Shown here piece after piece: positions 24,230-36,400 of a stretch of DNA of 64,000 nucleotides. The notes below the pieces were generated by a model. That model was not told the origin of the DNA. It did not search any database and was given only the letters and a program-made list of their open reading frames with translations. The DNA is from Pelomyxa schiedti (Eukaryota > Protista > Evosea). The stretch lies in NCBI GenBank assembly GCA_020536535.1, contig JAHLWZ010000505.1, forward strand, positions 62,001 through 126,000, read 5' to 3'. Made by a program: the position numbers and the translations under genes. The number at the start of each line of letters is the position of its first letter. The stretch's first letter is position 1.

Positions 24230-26096
24230 ATGGGGAAAGAACTTAGGATTTTTCCAGATAGTACGCAATTTAGCCCCTTCACGGAAGGATCTGTGGTTTG
24301 CAATAATCGGAGAGTGATTGATGAGCCGGGCCTTGCGTGCACAGCGTCATCTCGGGTTATGATGACGACAGGGACTGAGGGGACGAGCACTAACTGCGAG
24401 CGTGGGCGCGATTATGGGACTGGGCATGAATCGGAAACGCAGAGGCTACTGCAAGAACCACAACTAGAAACAAACTCTATCTTAATACCAAGCAGTACGT
24501 ACTGTTCCGGAGCAACAACAACGACTACACAGAGCGGCACCAGCGAAACCAACAGCGGCGACTTCGGCAAAGACGCCCCCAGATCTGGCGCAGATCCCGA
24601 GGCCGGAGACACTGCAACACCCGCGCCGAGGCGATCCGTCAATAGCTTCGCCGCGTCAAGCGAGGATTATTCTGTCTCGGCGTCATCGCCTTTGCAGCCG
24701 TCCCGCCACGCTCAAAATGCGAATGCGAACGCGAATGTGAATACGCCTATGAATATGAGTCGGCGCGATTTGAGGATGTTGATTCTGCTTGTGGCGTATG
24801 TCTTTTTCCACGAATTCCAGCCGAGCGCGCCGTTCATAGTGCCGTACTGGGCGACGAAGGGCGTTGACGCCCAGGAGGTGTTTGAGGACGTTTTCCCGTG
24901 GAGCACCTACAGTCAACCTGCCGTATCTCTTGTCGCCGTGGTGTTGCTGTGGCTGGCGGGCGTTCGGCCCACTCTGTTTTCAAGTAGCTTGTGTGCTTGT
25001 GGGCAGAGCATTCTGGCTTATTTTGGGAGCAGCGATTTATTCTTCTTGCTGATTCTTTCCGAGGTACGGGAATAATTTGTATACCTGTTCACTGGGTTTT
25101 TAATGCTTCCAAGATTGTTTGGGCTTACGCCTTTGGTTCCCTATTCGCCGCTCTTGCTGCCAAGTTCTCGCTTGTACCCCAAAGCAGCTTCCATCTCGTT
25201 ACGAGCTTGAATAGATTTTCCTCTCTTCTTTCAATTCTGGTGAGCTCACTCATGGGGCAGCTAATGCTGGACAATGGCCTATCCTACGACATTCTTTTCT
25301 ACATAGCAATTGGTGCTACTGCCGTTGCCAGCGGACTCGTGTTCTTTATGCCCAAACCAATATTAAAAGAGAGCAAAGTTTCATTTAAAGAAACTGCGAA
25401 AGCTGTTTTACGATCATACAGAATACAGGGATACTCAACAGCAATGTGGTCTCTGTGCTACGCTTGCATACAGGCAGCCACAGCTCTTGTAGAAACCTAC
25501 TGGCCGACATTATTCCAAGTGATAGCTCCAGATGAGGTTATTAATGGGTATACTCTAGCTGCTGTGAGAACCTGTGGTGCTGCTGCGGCCCTCTCCCCAA
25601 CACTTTGCCATCTCATTGGCTTTCATGCATGGAAAAGGTTTTCGACACCGTTGTGCATTATCACAGTTATTGTGGCTGGCCTTGGGACTCTGGCAATATC
25701 CAGGAGCACCTGTGTGTCTGTTTCGTTTACCTTTCTTTCTAACCGGTGTTTTTAAAAGATGTTATCCAGGCACTTGTTGAGCTCAGCATCATTTGTGCTA
25801 TGTCAGAACTAACTATAGTTATGTGCCTCGCACAAGTAGCAATATTTGTGGAAAAGGCACCTGACTCAGAATACGGGTGGGTGTTTGGGGTCAACTATTT
25901 CATGGCACTGCTTTTGCAAGTGCTCCTCCAAGTGGTGATACAACAGCTGGAAATAAGGTCAGCTTATCTCGCACTTGGTCTCTTCCTTTTGTGCACCACA
26001 TGCCTATTCTTGGTGTTTGGAATTGCACAACGGTGTCACTCAGCCAACCAACAACAGGATTCCCCTCAGCACCAAAAGAGATGTTTGGTGTGCTGA
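24230..26096 (+). CDS. SLC19-family (reduced folate/thiamine) carrier; start uncertain
   Basis: YVFFHEFQPSAPFIVPY..EDVFPWSTYS, YGWVFGVNYFMALLLQ; multiple TM segments; 2 introns. Confidence 0.85.
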
Positions 26097-26116
26097 AAAA
26101 AAAACAAAACACTTTT

Positions 26117-29100
26117 TCAAGAAAAATTCTTTCTCATGCTCTTTACAATACCACTAAGAGGGCGATAATTCTGTGCTGTTGTGGATGTTGATTGAGTGGA
26201 TCCACCTGTTACTCTTACAGTAGGGGCGCTCGTGCTGAGTGCAGTGGTGGTTCCTTGTGTATTACTACTAGAGGATTGTGCTGTTACTACTTGTGGTACT
26301 GGCGGGGGTGTTGTGGGCGATGGTGGTGTTGCAGTCGATGCGGTCTGTGATGGAGAAGCTGTAACTGATGCTGTGGGTGGGGGTGATGGAGATTGTGGTT
26401 GGGATTGTGATTGTGATTGTGAGTTGGTGGGTGTGGTAGCTGGGGGGTGTGAGTGGTTGTTGGTTTGCAAATGAATAGGCATTGTTGTTTGGGTGTTGCT
26501 GTTACTGGTGATGGTGTTAGTGGGGCTGTGGGTGCGTGTTGGCGAGGCCTGGATGTGGCTTGCGGATGGGCTCCGGCTGTGGAGCGATCCTGGGGAGCGG
26601 TTTGGTGTGTGGATTGGAGTTGTTACCTGTGTGTGGGTTGACTTGTAGGCAGCGAACTGTGACTGAAGTTAAGATACATTTTAAAACGGGACAGTAAACT
26701 GAACCTCTTTTTGCATGGCGTCAAGCTGCGCCTTGAGAGCCAGAACAGAACTGTCACAAGATCGTTTTTCCCTTGCTAGGGACACTGAAGAATCAGCTTC
26801 TAACTTGTAATACCACTTCAAGTGGTAGCCCTCCCACAATCGAAGAGCTTTGAGGGAGGGATCAGGATACAAAACAGTATCACCTGTGGACATTAGTCAA
26901 TGTGTGGTGAGTTTGATGAAGTGCCGACCTGGTGCGTAGAATGGATTTAAAAATAACTCTTGTTGTGAGTTTACCCAAGTCCACAAACTGACAGTGTTTG
27001 TCATTATGGAAGCATCTTCCCGTTCTTTGACGCAATTAAACAAGAAAGTTCCTGTAGGGTGCAAATGTGGAGGGAGAAGAATAAGGGAAATTTGTGGTGA
27101 AAAGAATAAGGGTATCAACCAAACCGGCAGGAATATAGATGCTCCATGATGGTAATGAGGAAATTTTCATTGAATTGGAAGCTCAAAGGAAATTGGCAAA
27201 GAAGCTGGTAGACACAATCAATCATCTGAGGAAATATCGGTGCCTGTTGTTCATTTGGCTTAGGATCTCCATGTGCTGCGTTCTAATGGTGAGGGGGAAT
27301 CAAAATACAGCAGAAAGAACCATAGCGCGTTGAAAATTTGTGTCCGAAGGAGAGCCATTCTTTTTCTAACAGCACTTCGAACCCAACTATAGTTCTATAG
27401 TACGGATCTAGGCATAGCATTGATAAAGAGCTGCACTGAGATGTGCGGTCCCATCTGCCATTCACATAAGAATTACATTTTTCAGAAATTCAAAGTCATT
27501 ACCCTGTAGTTTTTTAAAAAAATAAAAACTCTCAGTTCAGAAGTGGGAAAAAAAAAAGAAAGGCAACCATCACTGCAGTGAAGTAGAACTGAAAGCTGCA
27601 ATTTTTCTATTGTGTGAACAGTTTTAGCCACGCTGGAAAGAATTGTCTGAAATTGTGTTAGAAATTATCTCCTGGTTTCTTTAGGTACTTAAAAGTGATC
27701 GAATATTAAGGTAAGAACAAATGTGATAACATTACTTTCATAATATCCATCCAATGAGTTTGTTCCAACATCGGATACCACAACCCGTCTTCCACTGTTG
27801 CAGGGGAGCACAGATCACGGAGCTTCTGATAACTTTCACGTACTGCATGGATATTCACACTATAACTTGGTTAAGAAGACCTGGGGAAGAAAGTAATAGG
27901 GTCATGGTGTACATTTCCTCAAATTCTAATTTGCAGTGTGGATAGCCTGACATAGGGCCTGTGTCTTCATATCCACCTCCAATTGCACGATTTCCTATTG
28001 CGTTGGCTCTTGGACGAGAGTCCTGTACATGTGTTATCCCAAACTAAATAACGAGTGCCAACCAAGATATACAAGAAATTCGGATTTTTTGTATTTGTTT
28101 TCATCATAAGTCTCACGTATTCTTCGTCCTGCATAGACCTGTTCCCTTTTAGCCCAACGCAAGGCTGACTACTCCTGCATATGCAAACGCCCGTGGCGTT
28201 CCTCCAACTGGAACCCTGTTAGGAAGAAAACCCAGTAAGTACAGTGACCTGAGAACAGGAAGTCTTCCCCGACTTCTAAAAGCAGCAGTTTCTCTTATGA
28301 TCTCTTCACTTGCTTCCTCTGGCACTGCCAGTAACTTGGGGTAGGTGTTGCAGAGGTGAAAATCTTGATTAAGTTGAGTCAATTTCCAACCTGACTAGAA
28401 AGAAAATATCAGGGAAAGAAAAAAAGAAGTTCAAAGTTACCTGCCCAGGCACTCCCATACGTTGATACTCCTTTTCTGGGTCATAAATACTCCAACCAAT
28501 CTTATCAGGAGATGTGCAGTGACTGAAAGCAAACAATGGCTTATTGAATGCGTACTCATTCTGAGGTATGTGTTATTTGTGTACAAGTCTTGTGAGGTAC
28601 CAAAGTAGTGACAACTGACCGCCTTGCGGTTCCCTTCTTTGGAAACCCAAATCTCACACAACTCTTGCTATCTTTGCATGTGATGTCAATGTAATACTTA
28701 TCCAAGGCACCCGTTTTTCCACCAAATTTGTCCACTCTGGTAATTGATGCAAGGGGAATCTTAAGTTCATCTTTCTAAAGATGGTCAACTGCAGGGAGAT
28801 CTGAGAAACCATTACTTGAGTATTTTTGTAACTTCTGAAGACGAGCTGATAATTACTAATGTATATGTAACCCATGACAATAACTGGAGTGGAGATTTGG
28901 GTTGCGGGTGGTGAGACAAATATATGTCTAACATCTTTGACACTTTCTAGAACGATGAATTCCCCCTCAAGTTCAATTCCAGCTTACAGAAGAGTTATAA
29001 GGGGGGAAAAAATTCATAGATCTACTTTGAATTGCGGTTTGATTCTGGGAGAGCTCCATAGCAGGAAAATAGTTGATTCGAAAGTGGAGTGCGTTTTTCC

Positions 29101-31689
29101 CCATCCTCAGAGAGAATACATCCTAATGTCCTTTGTCATTTGACAGGTGATACTGGGGTGTAAGTTTGTTGTACCCCACGATTATAAGATTGCGCGGCCA
29201 TATCATCAGTAACATCTAATACTTTCCCACAGAGGCACAGTTGAAATTCCTGGCCTGCAATTATGTGTGTGAGCAGTCTCAAAAGAGAGAGATTAGGTAA
29301 CTGGGTGAATCAATAGCGGCCATAATGGCGTCTTCGTAGTCAAGTTCGACACTACTTGGTGAAGGAGCCTGACGGGTAGGGGGATTTCCCACAGAAGGCT
29401 CGGCAGATGGTTTATGTAAACCTAAAGGGGTGAGGAAAATCACTTGCCCCAGATTGACGACCTTGAATAGAGGGCAATTTCCGAAGCCCCTTTACTGTGA
29501 TACCGGGCTTTGTTGTGGTCTCTGAGGAACTTCAATGTGATAAAACACAAGAGGGGAAAAAGTGAATAAGAAAATACTTTTTGTTTCTTCCTGTGCCATT
29601 GTCCAGTTGAGATTTGGACACCTACAGGATAAGTTCAAGGTCATAAACTGATAAAAACGGAATGGAAAAGTACATGGTATCAGAAAATTTGATCAAAGAA
29701 CACATCAATTCACCAGAACTTTGGTCTAAAGAAACAGAAAGTTTCAACTGATTTTTATTCTTCCCCAGAACTCGGGACCTTTAAAGATTAGAGTAATCCA
29801 ACACAGCATTCACATACATAACTGTTGCTTCAATTGGGCCAGTTGCATGATCATACTTTAACCCCAAAACTTTTTTGCGCTTCAAACTAACAATACTCTA
29901 AGAACATAAGTAGGGTATAGGAAGAGAAGTTAGAAACCGGGCTGGAAAGTTTGGCTGCAGCCAAAGTGACGTCTTCCTCCAATAGGACCCAACCTTGTGA
30001 AGTTTTGTGATACAGCCCATAATACTGAAGATGCTTGGTTGTTATAGGGAAGTACTGAACATCTATTGACTTCCAAGGGAATTCATTGACAGTCTTAAAA
30101 TTAATAAAGTTAGAGACTTTCATTGAGGAAAACCTTATTCTACCTGGGCGACAGAAGCCACAGTAAAAGTTGGGGATAACTTTAAAGTTGAACAGGCCCG
30201 CTGTTCTGGTATAAAAACCTTCAGTATTATGGAGTCATCCATTGAATTGTCATGCGGTTTCTTCTTCACTTCAACAAGATCCTTTGATCTGTTATTTCTT
30301 CTTATTATTTGAACATTGATTACCTGAGGGCCAAAACGAAACATCCATAAAGGGGCGTCTTCTGGTAGCCAATATGGATCTGAAAGAGTGCTTTTTTCTT
30401 TAAGAGAAGTGTGAGACTAAGAGAGGGTGTTACCCCTGGTGTCCAACAGGTTTCAAAAACAAACGAAAGATATTACAATCTTGTTCCACCAATTTTTTCC
30501 CTAGTTCTCTAAGTGCCTTGTTTCCAGGTTTATATGATATCACATCAAAAGGGAAGGAAAAACCATCTGGAGGACTTCCATTGTAGTCATTCTCAGATCA
30601 CATTTTAGGGGTCTCGTAGTAGAATTCTGGAAAATAATAGTGGTAATTTGCAGTGAAACAGCTTCACATAAATCGTACCTGAGAAAGGTAGATATTCAAC
30701 GAAATGGGACCACTGGTTTGGACCTCACAACAATACTCGGGATCTGGTGTGAAAGCCTTTTTGTTTTACATGTTAAGTCCAACTCTCAAAATGAATTCTA
30801 TCATAAGGGAAATAAATTATAACAAGAAGAAACACCCTACTGGAGGCAAACTAGAAGAGTGAGACCTTGCAGGGTTAGTCTGGGGTGACATTGGAACCTT
30901 TTGTTGGCCACTTAAACTTAAACTGCCGAATGAAGTCCCAGTGGATTGTGGGTTCGCAGAAACAGTAGCAGAAGCAGCTGTGACGCTGCCGTTTGTGATC
31001 ACGGAGCCCACAGCACACGAGATAGTGCAAGCTGCACTCTGCAGCATGAAGTGTATGTCATCCAGCCCACTTCCAAATCCCCCGGCGTTGCCGCTTCCAT
31101 TACTCGCACTGGTATTGGCATTGGCACTTCCATTTCCATTACCATTACCATTTCCACTTCCACTGCTATTGCTATTACCACCAGCACCGTTTAGTGACGA
31201 TGGTGATGCCGTAGAGGGAGACAGCGTCGGGGATGCACTGCTCGTGGTCATCGCGGACGTCGTGGGAGACGACGACGCCACGCTTGTTGTTGATGTTGGT
31301 GTTGCTGTTGGCGACGAGGGCGAAGCCGACGAAGATGAAGACGAAAGGGTAGGGGAGGAGGAAGAAGACGGAGAGAGGGTTGGGGATGCACAACAACAAC
31401 AACTACTAGTACCAGTAGTAGTACCAGTGGTAGTACTGGCGACGCTGGTGGACGTGGGCGTGGAGGAGGGGGTGCAGAGAGGGGGCGACGACGAGGTGGC
31501 GTTGTTGTTGTTGTTGGCGGTGGTACGAGGAGACGGCGTGCTGCTGCTGTTGTTGGTGATGTTGTTGTTGTTGGTGGTTGTGCTGTGTGTCGATCCTCCT
31601 GGGGTCGAGGAAGAAGAGGAGGAGGAGGCAGGGCTGGGAGATGGTGAGGAGGACGGCTGTCCGCTGGGGAAGCGAAGCCGCCGTATCAT
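26117..31689 (-). CDS. Myotubularin-type PI3P/PI(3,5)P2 phosphatase with long N-terminal extension (S/T-rich, ubiquitin-like repeats, GRAM)
   Basis: [89 protein letters not shown]; C-terminal coiled coil and S/T/P tail. Confidence 0.92.
27503..27503 (-). other. Predicted 1-nt microexon (G) in the myotubularin catalytic loop
   Basis: Minus strand: CAC TGC AGT GAT G|gttgcc..ctacag|G|gtaatg..ggcag|A TGG GAC CGC; G+G+A forms the Gly codon of HCSDGWDR. Confidence 0.75.
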
Positions 31690-32009
31690 CACCTGTGTTT
31701 TTGTTTGGGGTGATGCTGCTTGGTAAAAAAAGGAACAAAATAATTCGACCGTTGTTCATCGGACAAACCGATGGCGAGATACGAGATAGAAGATGGGCTC
31801 TGAGGGGAACCACAAGCAAGTGCCACGTGTGTATCCAGTCTCCCTAAACCCAGAGAATCCCGCTCCCTCCCAAAATCAGAGAAGTTCTGATCTCAGCCGA
31901 AAACGAATTCTTGGATTGAAAAATACAAAGGTTGGCGCCCTGGTGTCACCCAATGGACATGGAATAGCAGAGAGAAATTCAATCAAAGAGGTTATCGATA
32001 GTGGTAAAA

Positions 32010-32939
32010 ATGGAGGAGCTGCATTTGAGGTGGGGTTTTTTTTTTTTTCCCCTCTTGTTGTTGCTGGGGTGGGTTTTGTGCTGTCTTCCTTGGTTTGACA
32101 TCGTCAAAGAGAGTCTGTAACAAATACATTGCTACCTACAGTTGAGAGGCACTGTTCTAACCTGCCATGCATTTCTTGTTCAACAGTTTGGCTATTACCT
32201 TTCCTGCTGCTCTGATAAAATAACACTGGCAAAATACAGCTGGCTGAAATCATCCAAGGGAAATACAAGCACTTGTTCTCTGGGTTCTTGGTTGTTGACT
32301 GCCGGTTTCCGTATGAATACAGTGGTGGGCACATCAAAGGCTCAGTCAGTCTTCACACTACTGACGGGCTGGATAAGTTCTTTTTCCATGGTGGCATCAA
32401 TGACCTCTTCCCGTGTGTTCAAGAACAAAATATTGCCGTAATATTCCACTGTGAGTTTTCCTCCCAACGTGCACCATCAGCGTATGATCCCACTCTATTT
32501 GTTTAACTATATCTCCCACTTCTCCCCCTGTATTTCTGTGATGCTAAGAACATATTCATAACAGGTTCCACGTCATCCGAAACAAAGATAGGACCTTGAA
32601 TATGGAGCAATATCCTCGCCTTCTTTTTCCTCATATGTATATTCTTGATGGTGGCTATAACTCCTTCTATACGCAATACAAGGTTTTAAATCCCTATGTG
32701 TACCCACAATTCTAAAATAGCGCCACTCACGCAAAGTACCGTCGTTTACCGAATTCTAACGAAATTTTCCTCAGGCCTTGTGCTCCCCAACGTCATACAC
32801 CCCAATGAGAGATCCCAGATATTCCTCAGAGATGAAGGCCGCCCTCAGTCTCATTCATTCTCAGAGGAGGACAAGTAACCGACCTTTGGCACCCACGCCC
32901 ATCAAATTGGTGTTTGTGAACGAGCCAACTGAACCCTGA
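32010..32939 (+). CDS. CDC25: Cdc25-type rhodanese-fold phosphatase (catalytic domain only)
   Basis: ISCST/LAEII, VVDCRFPYEYSGGHIKG, IFHCEFSSQRAP (CX5R), RNKDR..YP.L.FPHMYILDGGYNSF. Confidence 0.9.
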
Positions 32940-33425
32940 GGAAAAACCAAGAGATTCAACACAACAAGCAAGGGACAAAAAGGACTGACAACAACAGAAC
33001 ACACAAATGAGTGGGGGTTCTTTTTTTGGTGTTTGAGATCTGCTTGTGATTTTTCTTTTTTTGTGCAGGTTAATTAAACCGGGTTTCGTTCAAATTAAAG
33101 GAAAATCAAACTTTCAGTACCACGACACGAACAAGGTGATCCTCATACTCCATCCAACAAAAAATAAACCCACACCATTGGGTTTTCTTCTAAACGAACG
33201 AAACACGAACGCAGTGCCTCCTCGGGCACCAAAAGCAAAATAAAAATACAACCAAAACCAAATAATTGTGGCAGTAGTTCCCTGCACTTCTCTAAAATAC
33301 TCTTGCCATACGAAATCAAACAAGTTAACACAATATTAAAAAAAAACACAACTCAACACAGGTCATTGGCATCTTTACAGTCAAGTTGGCTTCGTTTGCA
33401 GAAGCGACTCCTTTGTGGGCCTCCC

Positions 33426-36400
33426 ATGATACGTAACGCAAATCCCTCTTCCGCTAATGACGGCGGAAACAGTCCTGAACAGCCACCCCTATCACCCACA
33501 GCATCACCTTCATTATCCCCCTCTCTATCACCATCACCTTCACTCATTGCATCTCCATCTCATGCACAGACTCCGCTTTCTCACTCACCGGCCTCTAGGT
33601 CCTCGTCTCCATCTCCCTCACCACCACTGTCATCCTCCCCGTCACCACCACAGCCACCCTTGTCGCCATCACCACCAATCAGGGCGGCACCAATTGGTGG
33701 TGTGGGGGCCAACATTGTACAGTGCACCATAAGGGTTCTGAGACCTTCAGGTGCAAGCAGTAACTATGACTTGGGAATTCCCCCGAGTAAAGTTGGTACA
33801 ATTTCAAATTCGAAACGAATACGCGATAGGACAACTGCACACTCTGTGGCGGTGTCTTCGAATTCCTCCAAAATAAAGATTCATCCAGCACGAACGCAAT
33901 CTCTCCCACCCCCGTCAACTCAACACGCTTCTCGTGTACCAAACTTAATGCAAGACCATCCCATTACTCTGCGTCCAGTGGTGAGTGTTGTCAGTCACGT
34001 AGCACAGATTAAACATTCCCAACCAACAACAAAGACTTCAAATATACTCGTTAAATGTGGGGGTGGTGCTCCAGCGAAACCAACTGGTACTCCTCCTTCG
34101 AGAGTAAACAATCAGAGACACCACCAACAAAAAGTCATGTGCTCCAAACCACAACCACAACAGCCACAATCACATCAGCAGCAACCACACCAGCAGCAAC
34201 CACACCAACCCCCCTTCGAACAAAGAAATTTTGCAAGGCTATCTTCCAGACCGTCACAGCCAAGTAGACTGCAACATCAACCACACAAAAGAGCTACTGT
34301 ACCCAAAAATCCTGTTGTTGTACAACCTCAACCAGTACTACACCCAGCCGTTCACATCAAGCGGTTCCATCAAATGACTGGTGGACCGATTCCCTCTGGG
34401 GTTGCCACTGTGACAGCCAATCACTTAAACTCAAATGCTGTTAATGAGAGCGTAGCTGAAAGCAGTATTGATAGTGATGAAAGCTTTGATGATAGTGAAA
34501 GTGATACAGCAATGTACACAGATCAAAATACTCTTTCAAATGGGAAAAAGGGGGCCAAAATACTTCACCTCAATGAATCAACTGATGGGTCAGCACTCAC
34601 CAATCTCTCTCCTGCGCTTTTTGCTGCACTTCCTCCTATAATTCCAGCTCATGAACTGGAAACAATAGGAGGCCTGAATGCATCCTCCACCTCCCGGGAT
34701 TGTCGTCATTTTGTGGCTAAATCAGTCCCTGCTTTATCTCAACGCGATCCGATTCCAACATTGGATGCAGGGTCCCCTGATTCTGTGTCATCATCTGACT
34801 CCTCTTCTTCACTGTCATCATCTTCATCTTCCTCACATTCACCTTCTTCACTATTCTGCATATCTCAGCTATCTCAACAATCAGAGGATCAGGAGCATTT
34901 ATCTTCAATGCCTACAATTCTATCTGTTTCTCGTGCAGAGAGTGTGCACGACACTTCACAGAAGTCCTCACCTCCAACCCTCATGCCTCCACCCCCTCCA
35001 CTCCCACCCCCGCCACTTGCTCCGCCACCAGCGCCAAGACTGAAATCTCAACTTAATACCAAGAACAATCAACAAAAAAATAATTCCGGTCTTCATACAA
35101 ACTCTCCCGGCACCACACTGCACGCGGATTCCCGTGTCTCACCATCTCCACCCACTCAAATAGTATCCCCGCCGTCATGGCAATCTTCTCCGAAACATCG
35201 GCATGTATCTTCTCCGGCAATATCGCCAACACCAATTACCCCGAGTATTCCAACACGAACCCCAACTCCATTCCCAAGTTTTTCCCCAAGACTACCTCCA
35301 CCTTCCCCAGTCAGCACCAACCCAAAGCACGGTTCTGTACCTCCCCGCATTCCAACCCCATTTCCAACCTCAGTTTCAGGCACACTATTTACCCTTCCAG
35401 CAGATCCACTCCACATTCAAGCACAGTATCCAAGTGCACAGACTCAAAAAGGAAATAATTCGGATTATACACCATCCCCAACAAGGAAATCGTCAATATG
35501 CCGTAGTACCTCAACACCACCAATAAAGACAACTGAAGGTCATTCACCAATTACGTACGAAAAAAGCCCTGCACACAGACCCAAAGAAGGGGAACTAAGG
35601 AACTCCCCTGCACACTCTCACAGCCCTTATCCCGTTTTTTTTAGTTTAGAGCAGGTAGCAACACACTCGATTCTTATTAACCTAATATGGGTTAGGAATT
35701 TGATAATAGCTTCCCCAAATTTGAGGATCCATTTATGATCAACGATTCATCCTTTATGGAATATAACGGCGATGATTTTCTTTCAGTACAGAACTCTTTT
35801 CTTTTTGAATGCTTACATGAGGTTATAGTTCAACACGGAACCTGAACCCACTGCTGATTCAGTTAGGGTAGATTCCATTCTCCGTTTTTCCTGTGTGATG
35901 AATCCCCAGGTTGGTGAGGGCGGCCTCTCTTCCCCTAGCGGCACTTCTCTGGACCCACCACTTCAACAGAAAACTGGTTTAGTTAACGAGATAAATTCTA
36001 ATCAAGCCTCCTTTGGGTGAGTGAGTTCTAGAACCTCTTGCATTTCTTCTTAATTTGTTCAATTCTCACCACTTGGTAGACTACCTCCTCCAGGTACTAT
36101 AATTACTCGTGAAGAACAAACAGAAACCTCTGCATTGCCAATACAACAACTCCCTCCTTCCTTAGCACTAGTGCCACCTTTAAACTCTGTGCAACCTATT
36201 CCACCTGTTCCGCCTACACCACCTGCACCTCAGCCCCTAAATGTAGCGCCATTGCCACATAATGTTCAGATGACTACTGCACTTGTACCACAAATACCTG
36301 TACAACAAGTTCAAATGATTCAAGCTCCATCAGTTCCACAAGTAAATGCACCATTCCCCCCCATGACACCCTCCATGCAATTCAATCCACCGGCACTCAG

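Noticed and set aside
30941-31726. Long plus-strand V/L/G-rich ORF (similarly 5989-6750, 56292-56933, 59492-60100)
   Set aside because: Antisense mirror frames of low-complexity exons.
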